Shown: positions 11,209 through 21,695 of the stretch, piece by piece | Position numbering within the stretch: position 1 is the first letter of the stretch | Layout of the letters: each line of letters opens with the position of its first letter | Source: Gemmatimonadota bacterium | Lineage (GTDB): Bacteria; Gemmatimonadota; Gemmatimonadetes; Longimicrobiales; Gaopeijiaceae | DNA: 64,000 bases | Assembly: GCA_034521595.1 (NCBI GenBank) | Contig: JAXHMG010000003.1 | Coordinates: 1,728,001-1,792,000 of the forward strand | Reading direction: 5' to 3' | Position numbers and translations under genes: made by a program | The notes under the pieces: model-generated | Database searches by the model: none | Seen by the model: only the letters and a program-made list of their open reading frames with translations | What the model was told of the DNA's origin: nothing

Positions 11209-12387
11209 CTAGAAACCAGCCACCCGGAGGGCCACGGTGACCCGCCAGAAGTCCTCCGAAAGGGTCCCGGCGCTACGCTCGCCCCGTTCGACGGAGACGT
11301 CCGCGCCGGCGAGGAGCACGCCGTTGGTCTCGTTGAATGCGAAGCCGAGCCCTCCGGTGAACGCCCGCTCGGATCCCGACTCGCCTTGCCCGTGAGCGAA
11401 CGGAAGGCCGCTGTAGCGGTACCCGAAACGCAGGGGCGCGCTACGGCCGAGCAACCGCACGTTCGGGAGTTCGAGCCCGACCCCGAAACCACTCGCATTC
11501 CCGACTGAGGTATCGACCATCAGGTCGTCCGCGATATCCGACCAATCCGCGTGCATCGCGCTCGCGGCCAGGACGAGGCCCGGAGCCAGCACGGCGCTTC
11601 CTCCGATGCGAAGCTCGAGCGGCAGATCGAACGACCGGGCGGAGCCGTCCGTCGTCGACGAGGGATCGGCCTCGAGCGTCGACGACCACCGCACGCTCGC
11701 CGCGGCTCGACCCACTGAGCCCAGATCGGCTCCGACGCCGGCGGTCACCGACGTCCCGGCATACCTCCACGAGCCGCTGCTCGTGAACGGCTCGGCACCG
11801 TCCAGGTCGAGGTCACCGAAGTCCCTGCTCAGGCGTCGCTGGACCGACCCGGTGTAACGCGCCACGTCCAGACCCACCGCCACGTCGGGCGAGATCATGC
11901 GTGAGTAGCCCAGCGACGCGGTCGCCACGCCGCCATCCTGGGTGAAGCCGTCCACGACATCGAACGCCGTTCCACCGAGCTCCACGGTCAGCGTGCGCTG
12001 TCCCTCGAACCGCTGATCCAGAAACGACCCCAGCTGGACCCGACCCATACCACCCAGCACGGGATAGGCAATGCCGACCAGGGGAAAGCGGGTTCCGCGG
12101 AAGTCACCCGCATCCACACCGTCACGGGAGGCCTCGGTCCAGCTCGGCTGCGCCACCATGACGCCGCTGGGCCGGGCCAACCAGGCAGTCGCGGCGGGAT
12201 CCGCCGGCGAGATCGACCCGCCTCGCAGCCCGATGCCGAAGCTGCCCATCGCCCGGGCGCGACCGTCGATCGCGTCCACGGGCCGTCCGAGGCCCGCCGA
12301 GTTGAACAATGATTGAGCCTCGAGCTCGGACGTGGGTACCGTCACGAAGCCGACGACCGCGAGGGCGCACAGTAGCTTCTTGGTCAT
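11209..12387 (-). CDS. Putative outer-membrane beta-barrel protein (FadL/PorV-like features)
   Basis: Signal peptide, 'GLG..GRARAMG' N-terminal segment, alternating beta-strand pattern and a C-terminal Phe. Confidence 0.6.
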   Translation of the reverse strand: MTKKLLCALAVVGFVTVPTSELEAQSLFNSAGLGRPVDAIDGRARAMGSFGIGLRGGSISPADPAATAWLARPSGVMVAQPSWTEASRDGVDAGDFRGTRFPLVGIAYPVLGGMGRVQLGSFLDQRFEGQRTLTVELGGTAFDVVDGFTQDGGVATASLGYSRMISPDVAVGLDVARYTGSVQRRLSRDFGDLDLDGAEPFTSSGSWRYAGTSVTAGVGADLGSVGRAAASVRWSSTLEADPSSTTDGSARSFDLPLELRIGGSAVLAPGLVLAASAMHADWSDIADDLMVDTSVGNASGFGVGLELPNVRLLGRSAPLRFGYRYSGLPFAHGQGESGSERAFTGGLGFAFNETNGVLLAGADVSVERGERSAGTLSEDFWRVTVALRVAGF

Positions 12388-13715
12388 GGGAGCTCCACCG
12401 AAGGGCCGACCGTCACGACGAGCTTGAGCGCGGGCGCCTGGGAGCTACCCGGCCCGTGGAACGAAGCGTACGCGATCGAAAGCGGCTCGAATGTGGACAG
12501 GAGCGCGAGGGTGTTCGAACGACCCGTGTCCGCCCCGGAGGCCGTCTCCCCCACTCGATCACGCACGAACGGGGTGATCGGGATCTCGACCGCAGCGCCC
12601 TCCTCCTCGCGGAACAGGATTCCGGGCATCTGCTTCCCCGGAGCTCCGATGAGCGAGCTCCCGAGTGGGGATTTCGGCAGCGCCTCACGGCTCAGCACCT
12701 CACGAACATCGAGGCCCACGGTATCACGAGGCTGAAATGCTTCCTCGGAGCGGCGTGTCCGGAGCACGAGCGCAGCGTAGCTGACCGCTTCCCGGCTCAG
12801 CGTGACGGGGCACCCCACCGCGTCACACAACTCCGCCGGTCCGGTGAGCTCCCTCGGCACTTCGAGATCCAGGACCGAGCGCCAGGCCGGCGCCCCGCCT
12901 ACCCGGATCCCGGCCGACGGAGGGCCCGGCCGCGGATCATAGATGAAGGTCGTGGCCTGGCGCGGAACGTCCAGAACGACGGTCGTGTCCGGATTCACGC
13001 TGGGACGCACGGTGAGGCGGAGATCCATGGATTCGACGCCAAGGCGGTGCCCTTCGGTGACGAGATCCAACCTCCCCCCTCGGTCCGGGTCCGAAGCATC
13101 CGACCAGGCGGCGGCCTCGACGGAGTCGAGCACGAAGGAGACGGTGTCTCCGGACGCCGGATCCCAGGTCGCCGTGTCGAGCGGAGTCACCACCCCGCCC
13201 CCGGGCTCCGTCCAGCTCCGCCGCTCGCCGAGCGTGTCGACGGCGTGGTCCCAACCCGCGGAACGCCCGTGCCATGCTTCCTGAGTCGCTCCCAGCGTGA
13301 GCGTGACCGGGCCGTCGTTCGTTCTGTCGGTCCGGTCGATGGACGCCACGAGCCGTCCGCCGACCACGGTGAGATCCGTGTCCGTCACGGTCGTCCCCTC
13401 CGTATCCTGCACCGAAGCGGACTGAGGGTACGCCCCGAAGCGAACGAGGGTTCTCGCGTCGAGAGAGCCCGCGAACGCGTTGGCGAGCACTCCCGTGCCG
13501 AGATCGCCGGGCGTGCCATATCCCCCGTACACCTCCAGGGCGGACCCGAACTCCTCCCACGGAACCTCGATCTCGATCGTCACCGGAGCACCGGGCAGGA
13601 CGTCGTTTTCAGGAGAGGTCGGAATCCGCTCTGAACAGGCGGCGAGGGTGGTCAGGGACAGCGCGGCGACCAGCGAAGCGTGCTGCCGGCTCTTCATCTG
13701 TTTCAAACGTCTCAC
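12384..13715 (-). CDS. Hypothetical lipoprotein
   Basis: Lipobox-like TTLAAC after a hydrophobic stretch. It overlaps both neighbours by 4 bp. Alternative ATG at 13697. Confidence 0.7.
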   Translation of the reverse strand: MRRLKQMKSRQHASLVAALSLTTLAACSERIPTSPENDVLPGAPVTIEIEVPWEEFGSALEVYGGYGTPGDLGTGVLANAFAGSLDARTLVRFGAYPQSASVQDTEGTTVTDTDLTVVGGRLVASIDRTDRTNDGPVTLTLGATQEAWHGRSAGWDHAVDTLGERRSWTEPGGGVVTPLDTATWDPASGDTVSFVLDSVEAAAWSDASDPDRGGRLDLVTEGHRLGVESMDLRLTVRPSVNPDTTVVLDVPRQATTFIYDPRPGPPSAGIRVGGAPAWRSVLDLEVPRELTGPAELCDAVGCPVTLSREAVSYAALVLRTRRSEEAFQPRDTVGLDVREVLSREALPKSPLGSSLIGAPGKQMPGILFREEEGAAVEIPITPFVRDRVGETASGADTGRSNTLALLSTFEPLSIAYASFHGPGSSQAPALKLVVTVGPSVELP

Positions 13716-14128
13716 TTATCCTTCTCATCTGTTCGCGACAGCCATGACGGCGAGCCCCCGAAGCGTTCGGGAAGCAACTCGCTCAAGATCCACGTCCTTC
13801 GTGTCCCCAGCCCCACCGAGAGCACCGTCAACTCGGGGGAGAACTCGGACAACACCTGGAGGCACGCCCCACACGGCGGAACCGCCTCGTCCGCTTCGGT
13901 CACGAGAGTCAGAGCCCGAAACGCCCTCCGTCCGGCGGACACCGCGCCGAACACGGCGACCCGCTCGGCACACATGGTGAGGCCGTACGAAGCATTCTCG
14001 ACGTTGCACCCGGTCCAGACCGTGTCATCGGACGCTACGAGCGCCGCGCCGACCCGGAACCCCGAATACGGTGCGTAAGCCGACACCATCGCGCTGCGCG
14101 CCTCTTCCAGAAGGCGTTCATCCTCCAT
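13712..14128 (-). CDS. cdd: Cytidine deaminase
   Basis: AYAPYSGFRVGAA, NVENASYGLTMCAER and PCGAC motifs. Confidence 0.95.
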   Translation of the reverse strand: MEDERLLEEARSAMVSAYAPYSGFRVGAALVASDDTVWTGCNVENASYGLTMCAERVAVFGAVSAGRRAFRALTLVTEADEAVPPCGACLQVLSEFSPELTVLSVGLGTRRTWILSELLPERFGGSPSWLSRTDEKDK

Positions 14129-15251
14129 CTGCCCACTCCCACACCCTCGGAAGACGCGAAGAGAATCCGGTCAAAATTTCGTAGGAAATCGTGCCGGCGT
14201 GATCCGCGACCTCGTCGAGCGTGATCTCCGCAGCTCCGTCACGACCGATCAGCGTCGCGACGTCGCCGACCCCTACCCCGTCCACGCCGGTGATGTTCAC
14301 GACGGTCACGTCCATGGAGACTCGACCCACGATCGGGACCGGCGTTCCCTGGATGAGGGCACGGCCACTGTTCCCGAGCGCTCGAGGGAAGCCGTCGCCG
14401 TATCCGATCGCCAGCGTGGCCCACCGCTCGTTCCCCTCCGCCCGGTGGGTGGCGCCGTATCCCACGGTGCTCCCGGGCCCCGCGTCTCTGACGTGCACGA
14501 CCCGAGCCCTCAACGACACAACCGGCCGCGGTCCGGGCAAGTCGGGCGCCGAACCTCCTCCGTAGAGAAAGATTCCCGGCCGCACCGCATCGCCGGCGCG
14601 TTCCGGGCTCCGCAAAATTCCCGCGCTGTTCAACGTGTGGCAGAGAACGGTCGATCGCTCCTCGGAACCGAGCGCTCGCGTCCAGGTCGAGAAGCGGTCG
14701 AGTTGGGTGCGCACACTCGCGGGGTCCGTTTCGGCGGAGTGAAGGTGCGTGTACATCCCGACCCAACGCACCGAGTCTCCCGCCGCGGTGCGAAATTCGT
14801 GAAGCCAGGAGGCTCCGATCGCCCAGGGGACCCCGGACCGTCCCATTCCCGTATCGACTTCCAGATGGACCCTCGCCACCCTTCCCGCCCGGTCCGCCGT
14901 ATCCGCCAGGAGGCGCATCGTTTCCAGGTCGCCCACCGAAAGGCTCAGCTCCGCCTCCACCGCGCTTCCGATCGATCCCCGCGGCGCAGGGCTGAACACC
15001 ACCACCGGCCGTTCGACTCCGAGGGCACGCATCTCGAGCCCCTCCTCGACGGTCGCGACCCCGTAGGCCCAGGGGTCCGAAGGCTCGAGCGCCGAGACCA
15101 CCTCGCGCACCCCGAGGCCATACGCGTTCGCCTTGAGCATGGGGATCATCGGAACCCCCGGGCCGACGACGTCTCGGAGACGCGCGCAATTGGCCCGGAG
15201 GGCCTCGGCTCGCATATCGAGCCACGCTCGGACCCTGGGATTCGTTGACAT
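14118..15251 (-). CDS. alr: Alanine racemase
   Basis: PLP lysine motif LKANAYG, VDTGMGRSG, RPGIFLYG, IGYGDG and GRVSMD. Start taken as the ATG at 15251. Confidence 0.95.
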   Translation of the reverse strand: MSTNPRVRAWLDMRAEALRANCARLRDVVGPGVPMIPMLKANAYGLGVREVVSALEPSDPWAYGVATVEEGLEMRALGVERPVVVFSPAPRGSIGSAVEAELSLSVGDLETMRLLADTADRAGRVARVHLEVDTGMGRSGVPWAIGASWLHEFRTAAGDSVRWVGMYTHLHSAETDPASVRTQLDRFSTWTRALGSEERSTVLCHTLNSAGILRSPERAGDAVRPGIFLYGGGSAPDLPGPRPVVSLRARVVHVRDAGPGSTVGYGATHRAEGNERWATLAIGYGDGFPRALGNSGRALIQGTPVPIVGRVSMDVTVVNITGVDGVGVGDVATLIGRDGAAEITLDEVADHAGTISYEILTGFSSRLPRVWEWADGG

Positions 15252-15324
15252 GAGCGGTGAAAGATGCCAAGAAGAGGGCCCGTGGACGACCCCTCGTCCG
15301 GTGACCCCACCAAGAGCCCGTGAG

Positions 15325-16119
15325 ATGACGGATAGCCCACACCCGTTCCGGTTCCCCGGCCCCGGCACGCTCGACCGCGCCCTGGCCCTGGTCCGCTTCC
15401 TGCGGGCGGAGTGTCCATGGGACGCCGCCCAAACCTCCGAATCCCTCGTTCCCCACCTCCTGGAAGAGGCGCACGAGGTCGCTGACGCGATCCACGACGG
15501 GCGAACGGAAGACCTCCCCGACGAGCTCGGCGACCTCCTGCTCAACCTGGCCTTCCAGGTCGTGGTCGCGGAGGAGGACGGAACCTTCGACGCAAACGGG
15601 GTCTACCGGGCGCTGGAAGCGAAGATGGTCGCCCGCCACCCGCACCTCTTCGGCGAAGGCGAGCGCGAAGACTGGGAGACGCTCAAGGCGAAGGCGAGAC
15701 CTCCCGGCCAGGGCGTCCTCTCGGGCCTCGCGCGCGGCCTAGACCCCCTCACGAAGTCCTTCCGCATCCAAGAGCGCGTCGCCGCGGTCGGATTCGACTG
15801 GCCGGACCATCACGGCGCGCTGGCCAAGGTCCGGGAAGAGCTCGGCGAGGTCGACGTCGCGCTGGACGACGGCGCTCCTTCCGCGATCGAGGAAGAGCTC
15901 GGCGACCTGCTCTTCTCCGTCGTGAACTTGGCGCGCCTCGTCGGCATCCATCCATCCACCGCCCTGGCCGGGGCCAACGCCAAGTTCCGAGAGCGTTTCG
16001 AGCGCCTGGAAGCTCTGGCACGCGAGCGTGAGATTCGCCTGGAAGATGCGGGATTGGAGGCCTTGGACCGGCTCTGGGACGAGCTGAAGAAGGAGGGTCG
16101 CACAGCCGAGGACGAGTAG
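15325..16119 (+). CDS. mazG: Nucleoside triphosphate pyrophosphohydrolase MazG
   Basis: CPWDAAQT, EEAHEV, two ELGDLL motifs, RHPHLF and GFDW. Start uncertain (15301 or 15325). Confidence 0.93.
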   Translation: MTDSPHPFRFPGPGTLDRALALVRFLRAECPWDAAQTSESLVPHLLEEAHEVADAIHDGRTEDLPDELGDLLLNLAFQVVVAEEDGTFDANGVYRALEAKMVARHPHLFGEGEREDWETLKAKARPPGQGVLSGLARGLDPLTKSFRIQERVAAVGFDWPDHHGALAKVREELGEVDVALDDGAPSAIEEELGDLLFSVVNLARLVGIHPSTALAGANAKFRERFERLEALAREREIRLEDAGLEALDRLWDELKKEGRTAEDE

Positions 16120-16128
16120 CCGCGGTGG

Positions 16129-17226
16129 TCAGTAGCCGGCGCGCTTGTCCACGACGTTGGCCCACTCCTCCGGCGGAGAGCCGGCTATATAGTGCCGCAG
16201 GTTCTCGAGGATGAGGTCCGTTTCGCGCTTCCAGTAGCCCGGAGTCACCGCGGAGACGTGTGGTGTCACCAGCACCTGCTCGAAGCTCCAGAGGGGATGC
16301 CCCTCGGGGAGGGGCTCCGTCCGGAACACGTCGAGGCCCGCCCCCCTCAGATGCCCCGTTCGAAGCGCGTCGACGAGCGCTTCTTCGACCACGAGACGTC
16401 CCCGGCCGACATTGATGAGCACGGCTCCTGCCTTCATGCGGGACAGGGCTTCGGCATCGATCAGGTCACGGGTCTCGGGTGTATCCGGCGCGGCGAGCAC
16501 GACGACATCGCTCTCGCGAAGCACGGTGTCGCGTCCCGTGGCTCCGTGCACGAGCTCGATCCGGCGGCCCACCGACCCACCACCGGCAACCGACTCGAGC
16601 TCTCCGTCGCTCGACGTGGGAGGGGTTCGCTTCGCCGCGACGACATGAGCGCCCAAGGCGGCCACCCGCCGCGCGACCTCCCGACCGATCCCGCCGAACC
16701 CCACGATGCCCACCGTCGCCTCGGACAGCTCCGTAGGCGGCACGGACCCGTTGTAGAACGGATCCGTGGACCAGCACCCTCGGCGTTGATTCGCCACGGC
16801 GAAATCGAGACCCCGCGTGAAGTGCAGGATCATGCCGAGCACCGTCTCGGCCATCGGCGGCGCGTGGATTCCCGCGGAGTTCGTGAACACGACGTCGCGC
16901 GCTCTCATCGTCTCGTGCAGGGAGCTCCCCACTCCGGCCGCCCCCGAGTGAACCCATCGAAGACCGGGCCCCGCCTCCAGAAGCTCCGGGGGAATTCCGT
17001 AGCCGAAGTAGATCTCGGCCGTCCCCACCGCTTCGAGCACGCGGGGCGAGACCCGCGCCGCACCGTCGCCCGAGCCGTCGGTCGGCTCCTCGATCACGAC
17101 GAGCTCCCAGGCTCCAGGGAGCGCATTCCGGATGGCGTCGGGCACCCAGTCCGGCATCGCCCACACCGGCCGACGGTCCATCATGTCGAGCACGGCCCGA
17201 CGGGTCATCGCGGGTTCGTCGGACAT
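16129..17226 (-). CDS. D-2-hydroxyacid dehydrogenase (NAD-binding)
   Basis: GFGGIG Rossmann motif, INVGRG, LDVFRTEPLP and TPHVS. Confidence 0.9.
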   Translation of the reverse strand: MSDEPAMTRRAVLDMMDRRPVWAMPDWVPDAIRNALPGAWELVVIEEPTDGSGDGAARVSPRVLEAVGTAEIYFGYGIPPELLEAGPGLRWVHSGAAGVGSSLHETMRARDVVFTNSAGIHAPPMAETVLGMILHFTRGLDFAVANQRRGCWSTDPFYNGSVPPTELSEATVGIVGFGGIGREVARRVAALGAHVVAAKRTPPTSSDGELESVAGGGSVGRRIELVHGATGRDTVLRESDVVVLAAPDTPETRDLIDAEALSRMKAGAVLINVGRGRLVVEEALVDALRTGHLRGAGLDVFRTEPLPEGHPLWSFEQVLVTPHVSAVTPGYWKRETDLILENLRHYIAGSPPEEWANVVDKRAGY

Positions 17227-17242
17227 CTACGGATCCAACCGT

Positions 17243-18529
17243 TTACGGATACAGACGGTTCATGAGCCGCGGGAAGGGGATGAGCTCACGGACGTGCCTA
17301 CGGCCCGTGATCCACGCTACCGTGCGCTCGATCCCGAGACCGAACCCGGAATGCGGGAACGTTCCGTACCGCCGAAGGTCCAGATACCAGGCGTACGCGT
17401 CTTCGGGCAGATCCTCCTCTCGTATGCGCGCGAGCAGCCGATCGAGGTCGTCCTCCCGCTGGCTTCCCCCGATGATCTCACCGTACCCCTCGGGCGCGAG
17501 CAGGTCGTCGCACAGAACGGTTCGCGGATCGTCGGGGTTCTCCTTCATGTAGAAGGCTTTCGCCTCCTTCGGATAGTCGTGCACGAACAGCGGCAGCTCT
17601 CGTCCCTCCATGAGCGCCATCTCGTCCGGCGCGCCGAGGTCCGAGCCCCACGCGACGTCGCTGCCGGCCGCCGTGAGGCGGTCCACGGCGTCCGAGTAGC
17701 TGATCCGGGGGAAAGGCGGCCGCACGTTCTCGAGGAGCGAGGTATCGCGCTCGAGCACCTTCAACGATTCGCCACAGCGCTCCAACGCCCGCTCCACGAG
17801 GTACGACACGAACGCTTCCTGGAGTCGCATGTTCGCGTCCGAATCCGCGAACGCGACCTCGGGCTCCACCATCCAGAACTCGGTGAGGTGACGGCGGGTC
17901 TTCGACTTCTCCGCCCGGAAGGTGGGCCCGAAGCAGTAGACCTTCCGGAACGCCGGGCAGGCCGCTTCGACGTAGAGCTGTCCGGTCTGAGCCAGGTACG
18001 CCGGGTCGCCGAAGTAGTCGGTCTTGAAGAGCGTGCCCGCGTGCTCGCCGATGGCCCCCGTGAGGATCGGAGTGTCGATGCGCACGAAGCCACGATCGTA
18101 GAAGAAGTCGTGGATCGCTTGCTCCACTTCGGCCCGCACCAGCAGACCCGCCCGCTGTTGGGACGATCGCAACCAGAGGTGACGGTGATCGAGCAGGAAC
18201 TCCGTGCCGTGCTCCTTGGGCTGGATCGGATAGTCGTCAGCCCGTGCTTCGAGCTCGAGCGCCGATATCCCGAGCTCGTAACCTCCCGGTGCGCGGTCGT
18301 CGGGACGAACCTCACCCGTGACGGACACCACGCACTCCGGCGAGACGGTGCCGTGGAGGTCCCAGGTGGCCTCGTCGATCTCCTTCTTGAGGAGCACGCC
18401 CTGCACCAGCCCCGTCCCGTCCCGCACGACGAGAAACGCGACCTTCCCGTGGGCGCGGGTCGCCTCGACCCACCCCGTGACGGTGACCGTTTCTCCAACG
18501 TGCTCGCCCAGCTCCCTGATCTCGACCAT
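17243..18529 (-). CDS. asnS: Asparagine--tRNA ligase
   Basis: OB-fold N-terminus, FRAEKSKTRRHLTEFWM, EIIGGSQRE and GFGLGIER motifs. Confidence 0.95.
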   Translation of the reverse strand: MVEIRELGEHVGETVTVTGWVEATRAHGKVAFLVVRDGTGLVQGVLLKKEIDEATWDLHGTVSPECVVSVTGEVRPDDRAPGGYELGISALELEARADDYPIQPKEHGTEFLLDHRHLWLRSSQQRAGLLVRAEVEQAIHDFFYDRGFVRIDTPILTGAIGEHAGTLFKTDYFGDPAYLAQTGQLYVEAACPAFRKVYCFGPTFRAEKSKTRRHLTEFWMVEPEVAFADSDANMRLQEAFVSYLVERALERCGESLKVLERDTSLLENVRPPFPRISYSDAVDRLTAAGSDVAWGSDLGAPDEMALMEGRELPLFVHDYPKEAKAFYMKENPDDPRTVLCDDLLAPEGYGEIIGGSQREDDLDRLLARIREEDLPEDAYAWYLDLRRYGTFPHSGFGLGIERTVAWITGRRHVRELIPFPRLMNRLYP

Positions 18530-18667
18530 ATCGGCTCGTCTCGATCTCGTGCGTGCAGGTATTCGGGCCCGCCGTGACGAGGGCCGTTCGCGCGGGTCGA
18601 AGCTAACAGCCCGTGGGTGAGATCTGGTAGCCATGGGCGGGAATACCACGGGCTGCAAGCCAGCCCA

Positions 18668-20761
18668 TCACCCCACGCCGAACATCTCCAACCGGTCGCC
18701 GTAACGATCGAAGAGAAGTTCCCGGATGCGCGCGTGCTCGGGACGCTCCAGGTCCGGATCGGCATCGATCAGCGCCCTTGCTTCGCGCTGCGCCATCTCC
18801 ACGATCCGCTCGTCGGTCATGAGGTTCGCGTAGCGCAACGAGGGGTCGCGTCCGTGCTGCCGGCTCCCGAAGAGGTCGCCTTCTCCCCGGATCCGCAGAT
18901 CGGCCCGGGCCACTTCGAAGCCGTCCGCCGTGTCACGAAAGATCTCGAGCCGTTCGCTCGCCTCCTCTCCGGCGTCGGCGACCAGGATACAATGGCTCTC
19001 GGCGTTGCCCCGGCCCACACGACCTCGTAACTGGTGCAACTGGGACAATCCGAACCGCTCGGCGTGCTCGATCACCATCACGCTCGCGTTCGGCACGTCG
19101 ATGCCGACTTCGATCACCGTGGTCGCCACGAGCACGTCGATCTCCCCGGCCAGGAAGGCGCGCATCACCCGATCCTTGTCGGCGGCGGAGAGCTGACCGT
19201 GCAAGAGCCCCAGCCGGCGTCGCGGAAACACGTCCGTGCGCAGCCGCTCGAACTCCTCCGTGGCCGCCAGCAGGTCGACCTTCTCGGACTCGGCGACCAG
19301 CGGATACACGAGATACGCTTGGCGTCCCTCCTCGATCTGCCGCTCCACGAATCCGTAGACCTGAGCGCGTCGGTCGGAGGTGCGAAGCGTGGTGACGACG
19401 GGCTTCCTCCCGGGCGGGAGCTCGTCCACGACGCTCAAGTCGAGGTCCCCGTAGAGCGCGAGCGCCATCGATCGGGGGATCGGAGTGGCGGACATGACGA
19501 GGACGTCCGGGACGTCGTCATCCCGTTCGAGCAGAGCCATGCGTTGCCGGACACCGAAGCGGTGCTGCTCGTCGACGACCACGAGGCCGAGTCGGTGAAA
19601 CGCGACGGTTTCCTGGATGAGCGCATGCGTGCCGACCACGAGCCCCGCCCGGCCCGAGGCCACTCGGGACAACGCATCCTTTCGGTCCGCGGTGCTCAGG
19701 CTCCCCGATAGGAGGGTCACTTCCACGCCGAGCGGCTCGACGAGCTCTCGCACGCGGCGCGCGTGCTGCTCGGCGAGGATCTCCGTGGGCGCCATGAGCG
19801 CGGCCTGATATCCCCCCTCCACCGCGATCAGCATGGCGAAGAGCGCCACCAACGTCTTGCCGGAGCCGACGTCCCCTTGCAACAGCCGGCTCATTCGGCG
19901 TGCCGATACCATGTCCGCGGAGATGTCGCGGAGCACCCGTGCCTGCGCCTCGGTGAGTGAAAAGGGAAGCGAATCGTGGAGTGGCCGCACCAGCGCGTTC
20001 GTGCGCTCGTGACGGATGCCCGGCCTCGTCTCGAGCGCGTCCCGGCGCGCGCGAGCCTGCACGAGCTGGAGGAAGAACAGCTCGTCGAACGCCAGCCTCC
20101 TCCGCCCTTCCTCCGCTTCCGTCGGGTCGCGCGGGCGATGCAATCGCCGCATGGCCTCCGGAAGGCCAACCAATCCCAGACGCTCCCGTGCGGCTTCGTC
20201 CAGATACTCGTCCTCTTCGACCCAGGCGAGGAGCGCGTCGAGATTGCGCTCGAAGATGTTTCGAAGCACCCACTGTGGCACCGCATCGCTGGCCGGATAC
20301 GTGACGAAGACGGTCCCGCCACGGCCGGTCTCGTCTCCCTCTCGGCCCAACACCGTGAATTCCCGGGGCTGCAGCTGCCGGCCGTGAAAGAACTTGACCG
20401 GACCCGACACGAGGAGGCGGTCTCCGGGACGGATCTTCCGGTCGAGCCAGGGTTGGCCCGGCCAGGCCACGGTCACCAGACCCGAGTCGTCCTGCACCAC
20501 GGCCTGGAAGATCCGCAAACCGCTACGTGTCGGGATGACCCCCTTGCTTCGGACCGAGCCCACGACCGTGACGTCCATGCCCACGTCCACCTGTCCGATC
20601 GGCGTGACGGAGGACGCGTCGTCGTAACGGCGGGGCACATGGTACAGCATGTCTCGCGCGGTCGCGACGCCGAGGCCCGCGAGGGCATCCGCACGCTTGG
20701 GACCAACCCCCTTGAGGAACTGGACCGGTCCGTCGAGGCGCGAGTACCGTCCCACCGTCAA
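18668..20761 (-). CDS. recG: ATP-dependent DNA helicase RecG
   Basis: LQGDVGSGKT, DEQHRFG, SATPIPR and QLHQLRGRVGRG motifs. Confidence 0.97.
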   Translation of the reverse strand: MTVGRYSRLDGPVQFLKGVGPKRADALAGLGVATARDMLYHVPRRYDDASSVTPIGQVDVGMDVTVVGSVRSKGVIPTRSGLRIFQAVVQDDSGLVTVAWPGQPWLDRKIRPGDRLLVSGPVKFFHGRQLQPREFTVLGREGDETGRGGTVFVTYPASDAVPQWVLRNIFERNLDALLAWVEEDEYLDEAARERLGLVGLPEAMRRLHRPRDPTEAEEGRRRLAFDELFFLQLVQARARRDALETRPGIRHERTNALVRPLHDSLPFSLTEAQARVLRDISADMVSARRMSRLLQGDVGSGKTLVALFAMLIAVEGGYQAALMAPTEILAEQHARRVRELVEPLGVEVTLLSGSLSTADRKDALSRVASGRAGLVVGTHALIQETVAFHRLGLVVVDEQHRFGVRQRMALLERDDDVPDVLVMSATPIPRSMALALYGDLDLSVVDELPPGRKPVVTTLRTSDRRAQVYGFVERQIEEGRQAYLVYPLVAESEKVDLLAATEEFERLRTDVFPRRRLGLLHGQLSAADKDRVMRAFLAGEIDVLVATTVIEVGIDVPNASVMVIEHAERFGLSQLHQLRGRVGRGNAESHCILVADAGEEASERLEIFRDTADGFEVARADLRIRGEGDLFGSRQHGRDPSLRYANLMTDERIVEMAQREARALIDADPDLERPEHARIRELLFDRYGDRLEMFGVG

Positions 20762-21681
20762 CCGCCGGAGACGGCCTCGATGAACGCATCGACGTCGAGG
20801 GTCTCGAGGTCCTCGAGCTTCTCGCCGGTGCCCACGAGCTTGACGGGGACCCCGAACTCCTCTTGCAGAGCCACCACGATCCCGCCGCGGGCCGAGGAGT
20901 CCATCTTGGCCAGCACGATCCCGCTCACGTCCACCACCTTCTTGAAGGCCTCGAGTTGCCGAACGGCGTTCTGTCCCACCGTCGCGTCGAGCACCAGCAA
21001 CGTTTCGTGCGGTGGTCCTCCCAGCTTCCGGCGGACCACGCGGTCGATCTTCTCGAGCTCCTGCATGAGGCTTCGATTCGTGTGGAGGCGGCCCGCCGTA
21101 TCGATGAGGAGCACGTCCACCCCACGCGCTTCGGCCGCCTCCAACGCATCGAACGCGACGGCCGCCGGATCACCCCCCTGCTGGCCCTTGAGGAAGTCCG
21201 CGCCGATGCGCTTCGCCCACATCTCGAGCTGAGCCACGGCTCCCGCCCTGAAGGTGTCGGCCGCGGCCACCATCACCCGTTTTCCGTCCTCCACCAGGAA
21301 GTGGGCGAGCTTCGCTACCGACGTGGTTTTCCCCACTCCGTTCACCCCCACGATGAGATAGACGGTGGTTCCCGAGTCGGCAGCGTGGAGCTCGGCCTCC
21401 CGAGCCGGCTCGAGGATAGCGGATATCTCGTCGTGCAGAGTCTTCGCCACCCCGTCGCCACCACGCGCCTTTCCGCGGCGCACCGCCTCCTCTACGTGGT
21501 CGACGAGGCGCAGCGTCGCCGGTACTCCGAAGTCCGCCGCGAGCAGGCGTTCCTCGAGGTCCTCCAACGACGTCTGGTCCACCCCCTTGGCGACCACGCG
21601 TACATCCGTGAGCGCCAGGTCGACCACCCGTTGCCAGAGTCCCTTCTTTTTCTCGAGCTTCTTCTTGAAAAGGCGTGCCAT
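20758..21681 (-). CDS. ftsY: Signal recognition particle receptor FtsY
   Basis: GVNGVGKTT, DTFRAGA, DTAGRL and GTGE motifs. Short basic N-terminus. Confidence 0.95.
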   Translation of the reverse strand: MARLFKKKLEKKKGLWQRVVDLALTDVRVVAKGVDQTSLEDLEERLLAADFGVPATLRLVDHVEEAVRRGKARGGDGVAKTLHDEISAILEPAREAELHAADSGTTVYLIVGVNGVGKTTSVAKLAHFLVEDGKRVMVAAADTFRAGAVAQLEMWAKRIGADFLKGQQGGDPAAVAFDALEAAEARGVDVLLIDTAGRLHTNRSLMQELEKIDRVVRRKLGGPPHETLLVLDATVGQNAVRQLEAFKKVVDVSGIVLAKMDSSARGGIVVALQEEFGVPVKLVGTGEKLEDLETLDVDAFIEAVSGG

Positions 21682-21695
21682 CTTCCTCTCGATTG

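Noticed and set aside
15325..16119. MazG as part of a toxin-antitoxin or anti-phage system
   Set aside because: It is a standard two-domain housekeeping MazG, with no mazEF or defence genes adjacent.
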